IMG/VR virus record: IMGVR_UViG_3300031555_004710
Coordinates: 128,001-192,000 of that record
Length of the DNA stretch: 64,000 bases
Source of the DNA: a virus
Lineage: Duplodnaviria > Caudoviricetes
Strand: one strand, 5' to 3'
The position numbers were made by a program, and so were the translations under genes. This document shows, one piece after another, positions 41,015 through 51,400 of the stretch; the first letter of the stretch is position 1; each line of letters begins with the position of its first letter. The notes under the pieces were generated by a model. It had not been told where the DNA came from. It ran no database searches and was given only the letters and a program-made list of their open reading frames with translations.

Positions 41015-44000
41015 ATGGCTACATATCTTGAAAAAATCGCAGCTGCTCAAAAGGGAATTGATTCCACTTATGGGCTTCTTAATATTTATAAAAATTCAAG
41101 ATCTAATAATGGATGGATTGGTACTAACCCATCTGATATAAATTTAAGTAAGTTTAATACTTACTTTAGCGAAAATAATATCGTTAAATTAAATGATTCG
41201 ATAGATGCAACCCTATTTGATATCCCTATGAGTACTATGGGTTATGATAAGTACGGAAACTTTGGTGCAGGTATTCCTAGCGATATTGGATTTACTAGAA
41301 ATGTAGAGCAAAATGAGTATGGTAGTTATATTCCACATCCTCCATTATATAAAATAATAAATGGGGATACTATTGAAGCTTATGCAAGTAATAATGCGGA
41401 TATAAATATAGGTGGTAAAGTCAAATACCGCATTGTAGATAATGGAATTGAAGTATTTCCAAATGGTTCAAGTGAATCATTTATTTCTGCACCAGATAGT
41501 GAATATTTTGATCCAGAATATATTTTCCCAATAGTTCCTGTAGATGATAGTAACCATCTACATATGCTTTATGCTTTCGTATCAATAAATTATCAAAACG
41601 GTGGAATAATGTTATTTGTTACACCAAATTTTATAACTTGGAATACTCATTGTATTCTATCTCCAGATGCTGATTGGCATGAAACATGGCATAGGATATT
41701 TGATCATAATGAGGATAATATGTCACTTATTCGTAGTTCAGAAAATATTTCTATTGTAGAAAATATAATATCTAAATATTTTAGAGTGCTTCCTAATAAT
41801 AATTATCTTATTATGAGACCAGAGGATATTTCTAATGCAGCTGGTAATAATTTCCCAATGGTTAAAATGTATTCTTTATGGAATAAAGATCCATTATTAA
41901 TAATTATGAATCCATATAATTTTGATTATGATAATATCGAAGGATATTTAAATGTTATATACAATGGATTCTCATCATTTATGACAGAAAATGGAGAAAT
42001 TGTATTATATTATAATAATTCTGGATATACTCCATTAGTTCTGTATAATGGTAGAACAATGGGCACATTTACAGGAGAAGTTTCTGATAATTATAGACAT
42101 GAAATCATTGAATCTCCAAAAGTTGCAAAGATATATGATATGCAGATTGATAAAACTGCGCCATATACAAAAACCGTTGATAATATGGCAATGGATTGTG
42201 CTGTAAGTATACTGGAAAGTAAAAATAAAAAATTAACAAATGATGATATTCCCGCAGCATCAGTACAACTTGCACTGGGCGATATTGGTAGACCTTATAT
42301 CGATAACATGTTAGATGAAATATCTTTACATGTAGATAAATCAATAGATATGATGAATAATATCGATGTTGATTTTAGCGATTATATTTATGCTAAAAAT
42401 AATAACGGTCAAGATTATTTAGAAAAAGATTCTGATTTGCAGAATAATGATATCCAATTGATGGATTGTAATACGAAAAATGGAGAAATTATAGAAACTC
42501 TTGTTACTAATATATGCTATGGTAATGGTAAATATATTATTTTTAATGATGATGGAACTATCATATATTCAAATGATGGTATTGTTTGGGAGTATAATTA
42601 TTCTCCTTATTATTATTCATCATTTTATAATTTTGGATGTTATGGGGATAATAAATTTATTACTATCGGAAATACCGAATCAGGCTCATTTACTGACGGG
42701 GAATTAACTTTTAACTATTCTACTGATGGTATTGAGTGGACAAATATATCTGTATCGAATATTGATACTAGTAAGCATTATATTTGCTCATTGTGCTATG
42801 GTAATGGTAAATTTGTAGCAATTAAATCTTATTCATCTATAATATATTCAAATGATGGTTTTGTATGGAATGAAGTTGATATTAGCAATTTTAATAAAAA
42901 CTGGTATGATGTATGCTATGGTGACGGTAAGTTTGTAGCAATCGCTGCTGATACTGCAGAAATAATTACTTTCATATATTCTATTGATGGTATTAATTGG
43001 ACAGAATGTATAGCTAGCGGCATGGATTTAGCTTGGTATTCAATATGTTACGGTAATGGTAAATTTGTTGCAGTTGGTAGCAATGTACCATATGCGGATA
43101 CTCCAGTAGTAGCACATTCAACTAACGGTGTTGATTGGACTGTGGAATATATTGATCCATATAAATACTATGATTTTTCAGATGGTGGATACTCATATTA
43201 TGATCGTATACGTTATGGTAATGGAAAATACATTGTTATTGATGGTAGCTGTAATGTTATTTATTCTACTAATGCTATTGACTGGATATATATAGATAAT
43301 ATAGAAGATAATTATAATGAAATACCCAATATTGGTTATGGAAATGGTAAATTTATACTAACCACATATAGTACTATTAAATATTTAGATTCCATTGACT
43401 TTTCAATTCATTCTAATATCTCAAATAATAATAAATTAACTATTCTTTCTGACCCTTCATTATATAATAGTAATGTAAGATATCGTTCTTCGATAATTGG
43501 AAATACTTTAGAAACCGGGATTAATATAAATAATATTGATACATGGGTTGAAAGTAATATAAGTGATACAACTAGAATGTGGACCTCAGTATGTTATGGT
43601 GATGGTAAATTTATAGCATTTGGAATTGACAACGTATCTGCTTATTCTATAGATGGTATTAATTGGACTGAAGTTACAGTAAGTGATATTAGTAGAGATT
43701 GGGAATCGGTATGTTATGGCGATGGTAAATTTGTAGCTATTTCTTGCGATGACAATATATTTGCTTATTCTACAGATGGTATTAATTGGACAGAAGGTAC
43801 TATAAGTGATAATTATAGATACTGGGAATCGGTATGTTATGGTAATGGTAAATTTGTAGCGGTTACAGCTTATGATGGTGACAACGTATCTGCTTACTCT
43901 ACAGATGGTATTAATTGGATAGAATGTGCTATAAGTGATAATTATAGATCTTGGGCTTCTGTATGTTATGGTGATGGTAAATTCGTAGCAGTAGGATATG

Positions 44001-44446
44001 GTGATTCATTTGCTTATTCTATAGATGGTATTACTTGGACAGAAGTTACAGTAAGTTATTACGATAGATTTTATCGTTCTATATGTTATGGTGATGGTAA
44101 ATTCGTAGCAGTTGCATATGAATCTATATTTGCTTATTCTACAGATGGTATTAATTGGACAGAAGGTACTATAAGTGATGTAGAAAGAACTTGGGTCTCT
44201 GTATGTTATGGTAATGGTAAATATGTAGCAGTTGCATATTATTCTAATATATTTGTATATTCTACAGATGGTATAACATGGACAGAAGGTACTATAAGTA
44301 ATACTAAAAGAAATTGGGAATCGGTATGTTATGGTAATGATAAATTTGTAGCAGTAGATCATGATAATATTTCTGCATGTTTTAGTAAATTTATTAATAT
44401 ACTATATAAAGATAAGAATAATCCTTCACTTGGAAATTTATACTAA
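41015..44446 (+). CDS. Large virion/adsorption-type protein with two seven-repeat beta-propellers
   Basis: 14 copies of W.S(V/I)CYG(D/N)GKFVA...YS.DGINW in two blocks of 7. Confidence 0.7.
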   Translation: MATYLEKIAAAQKGIDSTYGLLNIYKNSRSNNGWIGTNPSDINLSKFNTYFSENNIVKLNDSIDATLFDIPMSTMGYDKYGNFGAGIPSDIGFTRNVEQNEYGSYIPHPPLYKIINGDTIEAYASNNADINIGGKVKYRIVDNGIEVFPNGSSESFISAPDSEYFDPEYIFPIVPVDDSNHLHMLYAFVSINYQNGGIMLFVTPNFITWNTHCILSPDADWHETWHRIFDHNEDNMSLIRSSENISIVENIISKYFRVLPNNNYLIMRPEDISNAAGNNFPMVKMYSLWNKDPLLIIMNPYNFDYDNIEGYLNVIYNGFSSFMTENGEIVLYYNNSGYTPLVLYNGRTMGTFTGEVSDNYRHEIIESPKVAKIYDMQIDKTAPYTKTVDNMAMDCAVSILESKNKKLTNDDIPAASVQLALGDIGRPYIDNMLDEISLHVDKSIDMMNNIDVDFSDYIYAKNNNGQDYLEKDSDLQNNDIQLMDCNTKNGEIIETLVTNICYGNGKYIIFNDDGTIIYSNDGIVWEYNYSPYYYSSFYNFGCYGDNKFITIGNTESGSFTDGELTFNYSTDGIEWTNISVSNIDTSKHYICSLCYGNGKFVAIKSYSSIIYSNDGFVWNEVDISNFNKNWYDVCYGDGKFVAIAADTAEIITFIYSIDGINWTECIASGMDLAWYSICYGNGKFVAVGSNVPYADTPVVAHSTNGVDWTVEYIDPYKYYDFSDGGYSYYDRIRYGNGKYIVIDGSCNVIYSTNAIDWIYIDNIEDNYNEIPNIGYGNGKFILTTYSTIKYLDSIDFSIHSNISNNNKLTILSDPSLYNSNVRYRSSIIGNTLETGININNIDTWVESNISDTTRMWTSVCYGDGKFIAFGIDNVSAYSIDGINWTEVTVSDISRDWESVCYGDGKFVAISCDDNIFAYSTDGINWTEGTISDNYRYWESVCYGNGKFVAVTAYDGDNVSAYSTDGINWIECAISDNYRSWASVCYGDGKFVAVGYGDSFAYSIDGITWTEVTVSYYDRFYRSICYGDGKFVAVAYESIFAYSTDGINWTEGTISDVERTWVSVCYGNGKYVAVAYYSNIFVYSTDGITWTEGTISNTKRNWESVCYGNDKFVAVDHDNISACFSKFINILYKDKNNPSLGNLY
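43575..44360 (+). repeat. Coding tandem repeat, about 120-130 bp x7
   Basis: gtatgttatggt(g/a)atggtaaat...tattcta(c/t)agatggtat...tggac recurs at DNA level. Confidence 0.9.
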
Positions 44447-44448
44447 TT

Positions 44449-44478
44449 AATGAAGAGATGCAGCTGCATCTCTTCATT
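44449..44478. terminator. Perfect-palindrome terminator
   Basis: aatgaagagatgcag|ctgcatctcttcatt. Confidence 0.8.
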
Positions 44479-44542
44479 TATATTAAATTTACACCAACTA
44501 ACATTTTTTATAATATTATAAAAATGGAAGAGGTGAACTTAT

Positions 44543-45064
44543 ATGAAATTTAAAAATCTATTAAAGAAATTATTTTGTAATCATGATACAAATCTTATTT
44601 TTATTAGAAATATTCATGGCGATGAGATTAATCAATTGAATGCCAGATCAATTTGGAGATGTTCAGATTGTAATAAATTAATTTACAAAAAGATGCTATA
44701 TGATACTGGTAAAATATCGGATGGATATTATACATTTGATGAATTATATCATCATAGAACAATTTTATTTGCAGTAATATGTAGTATGTATAAAGATAGG
44801 TGTTGGAAGTCATATCGTCATCATGCACAAGATGGAGATATGTACAAAAATATGTTTATAGTTGGAATTAACACTCCCACTGGAACTGCAACATATCATG
44901 TTGATATTAAATATTGGGATTCTTTTAATGTTCCAATATACATCCATGCTCCTAAATGGGATGGTCATACTCCAGATGAAGCAATTAAAAGAATATCATC
45001 ACTCATTGGATATGATATAGATAGTGATAAAAAATATCGAGTTATACATAGAAATTTTAATTAA
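44543..45064 (+). CDS. WDGH-motif phage protein with N-terminal Zn-ribbon-like segment
   Basis: FCNH...CSDC; TFDELYHHR..LF, GI.TP.G.ATYH, APKWDGHT. Confidence 0.65.
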   Translation: MKFKNLLKKLFCNHDTNLIFIRNIHGDEINQLNARSIWRCSDCNKLIYKKMLYDTGKISDGYYTFDELYHHRTILFAVICSMYKDRCWKSYRHHAQDGDMYKNMFIVGINTPTGTATYHVDIKYWDSFNVPIYIHAPKWDGHTPDEAIKRISSLIGYDIDSDKKYRVIHRNFN

Positions 45065-45096
45065 AAATAGAGAGTGTTTTTAGCACTCTCTATTTT
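45064..45096. terminator. Bidirectional terminator
   Basis: aaaatagagagtg...cactctctatttt. Confidence 0.75.
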
Positions 45097-45099
45097 CTT

Positions 45100-46281
45100 T
45101 TAATCAACTATTCGAACGTGATAGTTTCGGTGTAAATTATCAGTTGCCATCTTTGCAGTATGGTCTATTTCAAAATTTAATCCTTCAATATTACTTGGTA
45201 ATGGGTAATCTGGTATTAAAGTACCATCTCGGTCTTCAGCTATAACACCCTGTACTCTATCATCGGAATCTACAAGCAATACATATTCTACTCCTCTATC
45301 TTCATATTGTAAGAATTTAGAACCATCATTATCAGTAGATATAGAAGAAGTATTATCGTCACTAAAGTATCTTCTTTGGATTTCTTCATCATCCATCTCA
45401 TCTGATACCATAACTCCATAATCCGATTCATTATCATTTCTTGCTCCAGAAACTCCTCCATATCCACCCATAGAATTTACTAAGCCGCTTCTAGAACTTG
45501 AAAATATACTCTGTAAGGTATTAGCATTAATATCATTACTACCAGCATTTTCTGACTCTTTTCTAGCAGCTTCTTTTTGACGCATATCAAATATACTTTT
45601 ACGTAAAGCGTTTACTTCTTTAACTATTGATAATTGAGTACTTTGCATAGAGTTCTTTACACTTATCATGTCAGCTAATGATTTTCCTCCACGACCAGGC
45701 ACTCTCATTCTTTCAATATCCTTTTGTAAACTTAGTTTATCTTTATCCAATTCCTCATATAAAGCTTTTAATCTTTTCTCAGAATCAGCAAATGTTTTTG
45801 TAATCTCTGAAGATTCTTTAGAAACTGAACTATCTCTAGCATATTTTCTTCCTAAGCTAATAAGATTATTTCTCATTTCAGCATCTTCTTCAGCACTAAA
45901 TAAACTTTCATCATCTAAAAAGTCATCGAACTCATCAGCTGAAGCTAATTGAGCTGATTGAACTAATTTTTTAGTGGTTTCCATAATTTCATCTACTTTA
46001 CGTCTATCTTTAGGTCTATAAGAATCTTCCGAATCTCCAAATAAATATTCATATGTTTTTTGTTTTTTACTCTTTTTAGATTTCTTTTTACTTTTATAAC
46101 CGGAATCTTTAAGATAGGAATCGATTGATAATTCCCCAAGATTAAAATCAAAAGGTTCATCATCCACTGAATCATTTACAACTTCAAAAGAACTTTCGGA
46201 ATCAGAAATTCCAGATAATTCTTTATCATATTCAAAAGATGATTTTCCTGCTAAAATATTTAGTTTATTACTAAGATCCAT
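45100..46281 (-). CDS. Hypothetical protein (acidic, coiled-coil)
   Basis: 393-aa ORF, AAGGAG RBS, late motif at 46328-46339. Confidence 0.75.
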   Translation of the reverse strand: MDLSNKLNILAGKSSFEYDKELSGISDSESSFEVVNDSVDDEPFDFNLGELSIDSYLKDSGYKSKKKSKKSKKQKTYEYLFGDSEDSYRPKDRRKVDEIMETTKKLVQSAQLASADEFDDFLDDESLFSAEEDAEMRNNLISLGRKYARDSSVSKESSEITKTFADSEKRLKALYEELDKDKLSLQKDIERMRVPGRGGKSLADMISVKNSMQSTQLSIVKEVNALRKSIFDMRQKEAARKESENAGSNDINANTLQSIFSSSRSGLVNSMGGYGGVSGARNDNESDYGVMVSDEMDDEEIQRRYFSDDNTSSISTDNDGSKFLQYEDRGVEYVLLVDSDDRVQGVIAEDRDGTLIPDYPLPSNIEGLNFEIDHTAKMATDNLHRNYHVRIVD

Positions 46282-46327
46282 ATGTATTCACGCTCCTTTA
46301 TATAAAACATAAAATCATCTAGTAGGT

Positions 46328-46339
46328 TAGCGAAATGTT
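46328..46339 (-). promoter_or_regulatory. Putative late promoter AACA-N6-TA
   Basis: Reverse strand aaca tttcgc ta. Confidence 0.65.
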
Positions 46340-46464
46340 AAACTAAATTCTTTTTTGTATTATCTTATTTTAAGAAGTTTTTAATACGAATCTTTCTATT
46401 ATGTATTTTTTATATGATATAAGATAAATTAATTGATTACATTGAAATAACATTTGATGTAAAC

Positions 46465-48351
46465 GTGAAAGGAGAAATGATTATGAAATTTTTACCATTA
46501 GAGTTAGTGCGTCCACATCTAATACCATTAAATATTGTATACTATAATCCAGTATCTAATGGTGGTACTTTTTCAGACCCAGATGTATTAACGATAACCT
46601 ATAAAGACCAAGATTCTGGTCAAAAATTTGTATATGACCTTAAAGAACCAAAAATTGAAATATTTATAGTTAAACCAGAACATCGAACTTTTAATCACAT
46701 GAGAGATATGATTACAATGGAAGTATGCGATAAATACACTGTTCCATATAAATCAAGATGGGGTTTTGCTGCTAAGAAATTAGGTTTAGCAAGCGCCGAT
46801 GAAGCTAAAGCTTCACCTTATGTATTTAATGCCGATTTACCAATCGAGACATATTATTTGATTCAATTTGTTATGGAATATTATTCTGATTCTCCAAAAG
46901 CTCTTTCATTAGGAAAACTGGATATAGAAAATGATATCATAGCATGTGAAGATTTTCCATTACATGGTGAAACTCCAATAAATGCAGTAACATATATCAA
47001 TATGGAATCAAATGATGTATATACCTTAGTTCTATTAAAAGATAACCTCCCATTATTACCAGAAGGACATAAAAAATATCAAGAGTATAAAGAATTAAAA
47101 GAAAAATTCTATGATCAAGTTGATAAGTTAAATTCAAATCCAGAATATATGGTACAACAATGCCATGAAAAGTTTGATGAAATGTATCCTGGAATGAAGT
47201 ATAATCTTTTATATTATACTGAGGAACTACAATTATTAAAAGATTTAATGTATATAATTCATAGTACAGATAATGATTATATTGGTATCTGGAATATGCC
47301 TTACGATATGCAAAATATAATTGCTAGACCTTCTCATATTGGTGGAGATGCTTTAGAACTTATTCCCGATGAAAGATTTTCTTTAAAGATGGTATCATTT
47401 AAAGAAGATACAAATCCTGTTGCACATAAGCGTCGTCATCAATGTACAACTTCAACTATTCCAACCTTTGTAGATGATATGGTTCATTATGCAGGTATAC
47501 GTTCTGGTGGTGGAGTTATTCCGTCATTGAAACTTAATAATGTTGCTAAAACTGAATTGAAAGATGAAAAGTATGACTATAGTGAAGTAAGTGATATTAA
47601 ACATCTTTTCTATGACGATTTAGAAAAATTTATCTTATATAATATCAAGGACGTTCTCTTGCTAGTCGGACTTGAAAATAAATCAAAAGATACAAACACA
47701 ATTTATTCTCGTATGTATCAAATGTGTGTATTTCCTAAAGAAGCTTTCACAACTACTAAAGTTGTATGGCATTCATTGATAAAGTTTATGTATGAACGTG
47801 GATATGTGCCTGGTACAAATAGAAATAAAGGTAAGAATAAAAAGAATATTATTGACTATTCTTCCGCTTTAAGTAATCAATTAAGTGACGATATTGATGA
47901 TTTTGAAGAAAGTTTATTTATAGTGGATGAACCGGATTTAGAATCAGAAGGCGATGAAGAAAAAGAAGAAAAATATCAGGGTGCTTTTGTAATGAATACA
48001 TTACATATGCAACCAACTAATGTTAAAATAATGGGAAAACCTGCAAAGTATATACACGATAATGTAGCTGACCTCGACATTGGGTCAGAATACCCCAGTG
48101 CAATTAATACCTGTGATATATCTAATGAAACTTTAGTTGCTAAAGTTTATTTAGAAAATCCTGATGATGTAGATATTAAAATTCCTGAAGGATTTGTGTT
48201 TCGTGGTGATGATAGAGAAAAATATAAGATGGATAAAGGAAATTATCTATTGGAAACTTACACCGAAGGAGACATATTTAATTTTAGTAACATCTTCTTA
48301 GGACTTCCCACTCCAGATAAAATCTTAAATGAAATTCAAGATTTAATTTAA
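46465..48351 (+). CDS. Split family B DNA polymerase: exonuclease plus palm motif A subunit
   Basis: ExoI LDIEND, ExoII WNMPYD, ExoIII YNIKDV, YQGAFV, motif A DLDIGSEYPS...ISNET. Ends without motifs B/C. Confidence 0.88.
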   Translation: MKGEMIMKFLPLELVRPHLIPLNIVYYNPVSNGGTFSDPDVLTITYKDQDSGQKFVYDLKEPKIEIFIVKPEHRTFNHMRDMITMEVCDKYTVPYKSRWGFAAKKLGLASADEAKASPYVFNADLPIETYYLIQFVMEYYSDSPKALSLGKLDIENDIIACEDFPLHGETPINAVTYINMESNDVYTLVLLKDNLPLLPEGHKKYQEYKELKEKFYDQVDKLNSNPEYMVQQCHEKFDEMYPGMKYNLLYYTEELQLLKDLMYIIHSTDNDYIGIWNMPYDMQNIIARPSHIGGDALELIPDERFSLKMVSFKEDTNPVAHKRRHQCTTSTIPTFVDDMVHYAGIRSGGGVIPSLKLNNVAKTELKDEKYDYSEVSDIKHLFYDDLEKFILYNIKDVLLLVGLENKSKDTNTIYSRMYQMCVFPKEAFTTTKVVWHSLIKFMYERGYVPGTNRNKGKNKKNIIDYSSALSNQLSDDIDDFEESLFIVDEPDLESEGDEEKEEKYQGAFVMNTLHMQPTNVKIMGKPAKYIHDNVADLDIGSEYPSAINTCDISNETLVAKVYLENPDDVDIKIPEGFVFRGDDREKYKMDKGNYLLETYTEGDIFNFSNIFLGLPTPDKILNEIQDLI

Positions 48352-48353
48352 AT

Positions 48354-48383
48354 ATAGATGAGGTAAATATTTACCTCATCTAT
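48354..48383. terminator. Perfect-palindrome terminator
   Basis: atagatgaggtaaat|atttacctcatctat. Confidence 0.8.
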
Positions 48384-48410
48384 TTATTTTTTTCTATATT
48401 TAATGATTTT

Positions 48411-48422
48411 AACAAATTCTTA
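48411..48422 (+). promoter_or_regulatory. Putative late promoter AACA-N6-TA
   Basis: aaca aattct ta. Confidence 0.7.
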
Positions 48423-48448
48423 AAGTCTATGAATGATAACTATTAAAT

Positions 48449-51400
48449 ATGAAAGGATGTGTTTTTATCATGGCAATGCCAATTACTAAAGCACGTAAAG
48501 AACGTATTGATGTTTTAAATCAAGATATTGATACTAAACTTTCTGAAATTAAATCTACATATGAAAATAGTGGTTTTGGTTTTGATGCAGTTGCTGCAAA
48601 TGGATTTAGTAGATCTAATTTAGTACAAGATTTAAATAATAACGTACATGGTATAGCAGTTCCTGAAGAATCCGAAATTATATCTTTAGGAAATGTAAAC
48701 GGATATGAAACTGTAAATGCATTTCCACTTAAAGGTAATTGTAAAAATGGAGTTAAATATGCTGACCCAAATAACCCTGCTGAAGTTTATGTAGAAAATA
48801 ACAGTAATACATTAGTAACTGATAGAGCTGATGAAAATTTAGATATCGATCGTTGGACTTCAAGAACTATATTTAAATTCAAATCTGAGAACTATGGATA
48901 TGATAGATGTGTTTATGTCATTCCAATTGCTGATTTAGCAAATGGATTTATTATTAATAGCGAAAAAGATACTCCGCATGGAAATACATTAAAGAATTAT
49001 CCATATCCAGAAGAAATTATTATGACTTCTCAAAAAACTGAGAAGAATTTTATTCATTTTATAAATGTCCAATATACAGATAGTCACTATGGACATTTTA
49101 ATGGAAGAAATTACAATTTAATGATTGTAAAAAATAGAACTAGATATGGAGTATTAGATGAATCTGGAAATAGTTTTAAAGAATATACAAGTGTATATGC
49201 AAATGATATAGAAACTGAATTAGCATATGTAGATAACGGATATTTATATTTACCAGTTCCAAGTCCAGCATTTGGTGAAGAGATGTTAGATACTCTATGG
49301 GATTGTAGAGTTATATGGAGAAGAGATATTCCAGATAGAAATATTTCTATTAACTTAGAGATCAATTCGGATTCCAGAGATATTTATGCTAATTGGAAGG
49401 ATGTTGTAGTTGAGTCTGAAGGAAGATTTTGGGACTCTATATGCTATGGTGATGGAAAATTCGTAGCTATTGGAAGTACTACTAATCTTACTGATGATAC
49501 GATATGTGCTTATTCTACAGATTGTATAAATTGGACAGTGACCACAGTGAGTAGTAATAAAAGAATATCGAGTGACATATGCTATGGTGGTGGAAAATTC
49601 GTAGCTATTGGTTCAGGTACGACATTTGCTTATTCTACAGATTGTATAAATTGGACAGAAATTACTGTAAGTAATACATTTAACCTTTGGTCTTCTATAT
49701 GCTATGGTGGTGGAAAATTCGTAGCTATTTGTTCAGGTACGACATTTGCTTATTCTACAAATGGTATAAAATGGACAGAAATTACTGTATGTAATACAGA
49801 GGTATTAGTATGGAAAACCATATGTTATGGTGATGGAAAATTCGTAGCTCTTTCATCTAATCCAAATCTATTTGTTTATTCTACGAATGGTATAAATTGG
49901 ACGGAAGGTACTATAGGTAATATACGTAAATATTGGTCTTCCATATGTTATGGTGATGGAAAATTCGTAGCTATATCGAGTGGCAATGATTCTAATTCTA
50001 GCATAATATTTGCTTATTCTACTGACGGTATTAATTGGACAGAATATACAATAGAATCTGCAGTTAGATTCTGGGACTCTATATGCTATGGTGATGGAAA
50101 ATTCGTAGCTATCGCAAATTATTCCCCAAATAAACAATTTATATTTGCTTATTCGACTGACGGTATTAATTGGACAGAAGGTTCAATGAGTATATATACT
50201 ACTGGTTGGAAGTCTATATGTTATGGTGATGGGAAATTTGTATCTGTGGGAGCATACCATCCATTCACCTATATTAATAGTGATGAAATTAATAGATTTG
50301 ATGATGTTAATAGTATGCAAATCATCGATGATAGAATTCATTTAGGTTTTGGAAATAAAGATTATATTGCATATAATAGAAGTTCCAATCTCAATTTAAC
50401 TGGAGAATATTACGACATTGTAAATTCAATTATTGATGGTAGGTGTGTTATCACTGATGATGGGACTATAAAGATTGCACCTCTATTTAATGATAGTTAT
50501 AATTTGATTCAGCCACTTCAAGATGATAGATTTGAATACTATTGGGGTGTAGGTTGCCCTAATCAAATATTTAAAATTTCCGATAATAATTATCTCGGTT
50601 TTTATTATAAATATTGTGATCATATAGGTGATGATTACATTGATGAAGTAACTCAATTATATTGGGGTATTTTTGATTCTAGCATGAGAACTATAAATCC
50701 CGTGCCATCCGATGATAGTCATATTCCTGAACCATATCCATGCCAATATTATTCATCAGAATTTATGAATACTGGAAAAATAATAAAAGTATTTAGAGAT
50801 AATATCAATGAAGTTACACAGAAATCTTCCTATTTAGTATTTGCTCAAAGAGGAATATATAGATTTAATTTCTGTATGACGGGGATAGATGCGATAGAAC
50901 TTACATCAATAGAAACTATACTTACACTCGAATCTAAATATAACCGTTATACATTGTATGATATTGAACGAATCTCAGATAGTGAATTTTATTTTATTTA
51001 TGATATCGAATGTGTTAAGGTAGATATTATTGATAAAACGATGAGTCATATTTGTTCATTGGCAAATATACTATTTGGTAGAACTTGTATTGCAGATCTT
51101 GGGCTTGGTGAATCAAATATCCAAAGATATTTATATGATAGTAATCAATTGATTATACCAAATAATAGCTACTACGATACTGCATTAATTGAATCTGATA
51201 GCAAAATTAAATATAAATATGGTATATTTAAAAATGAGAAATATGAACCAATATTACACAAATTAGTAGAGAAATTTAGTTTCGATAAAGAACTTATGCA
51301 GCCTCCGTCGTATTGGATAAGTAGAGAATATACTATAAGCACATCATATAAATATAATGATATCTCTTATAGTGATGACAGGTTTATTGCTAAGAATCCT

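Noticed and set aside
43575-50250. CRISPR array suggested by regularly spaced DNA repeats
   Set aside because: Repeats are in-frame, degenerate at synonymous positions and encode propeller blades; there are no cas genes (the 14903 nuclease is a generic PD-(D/E)XK protein).
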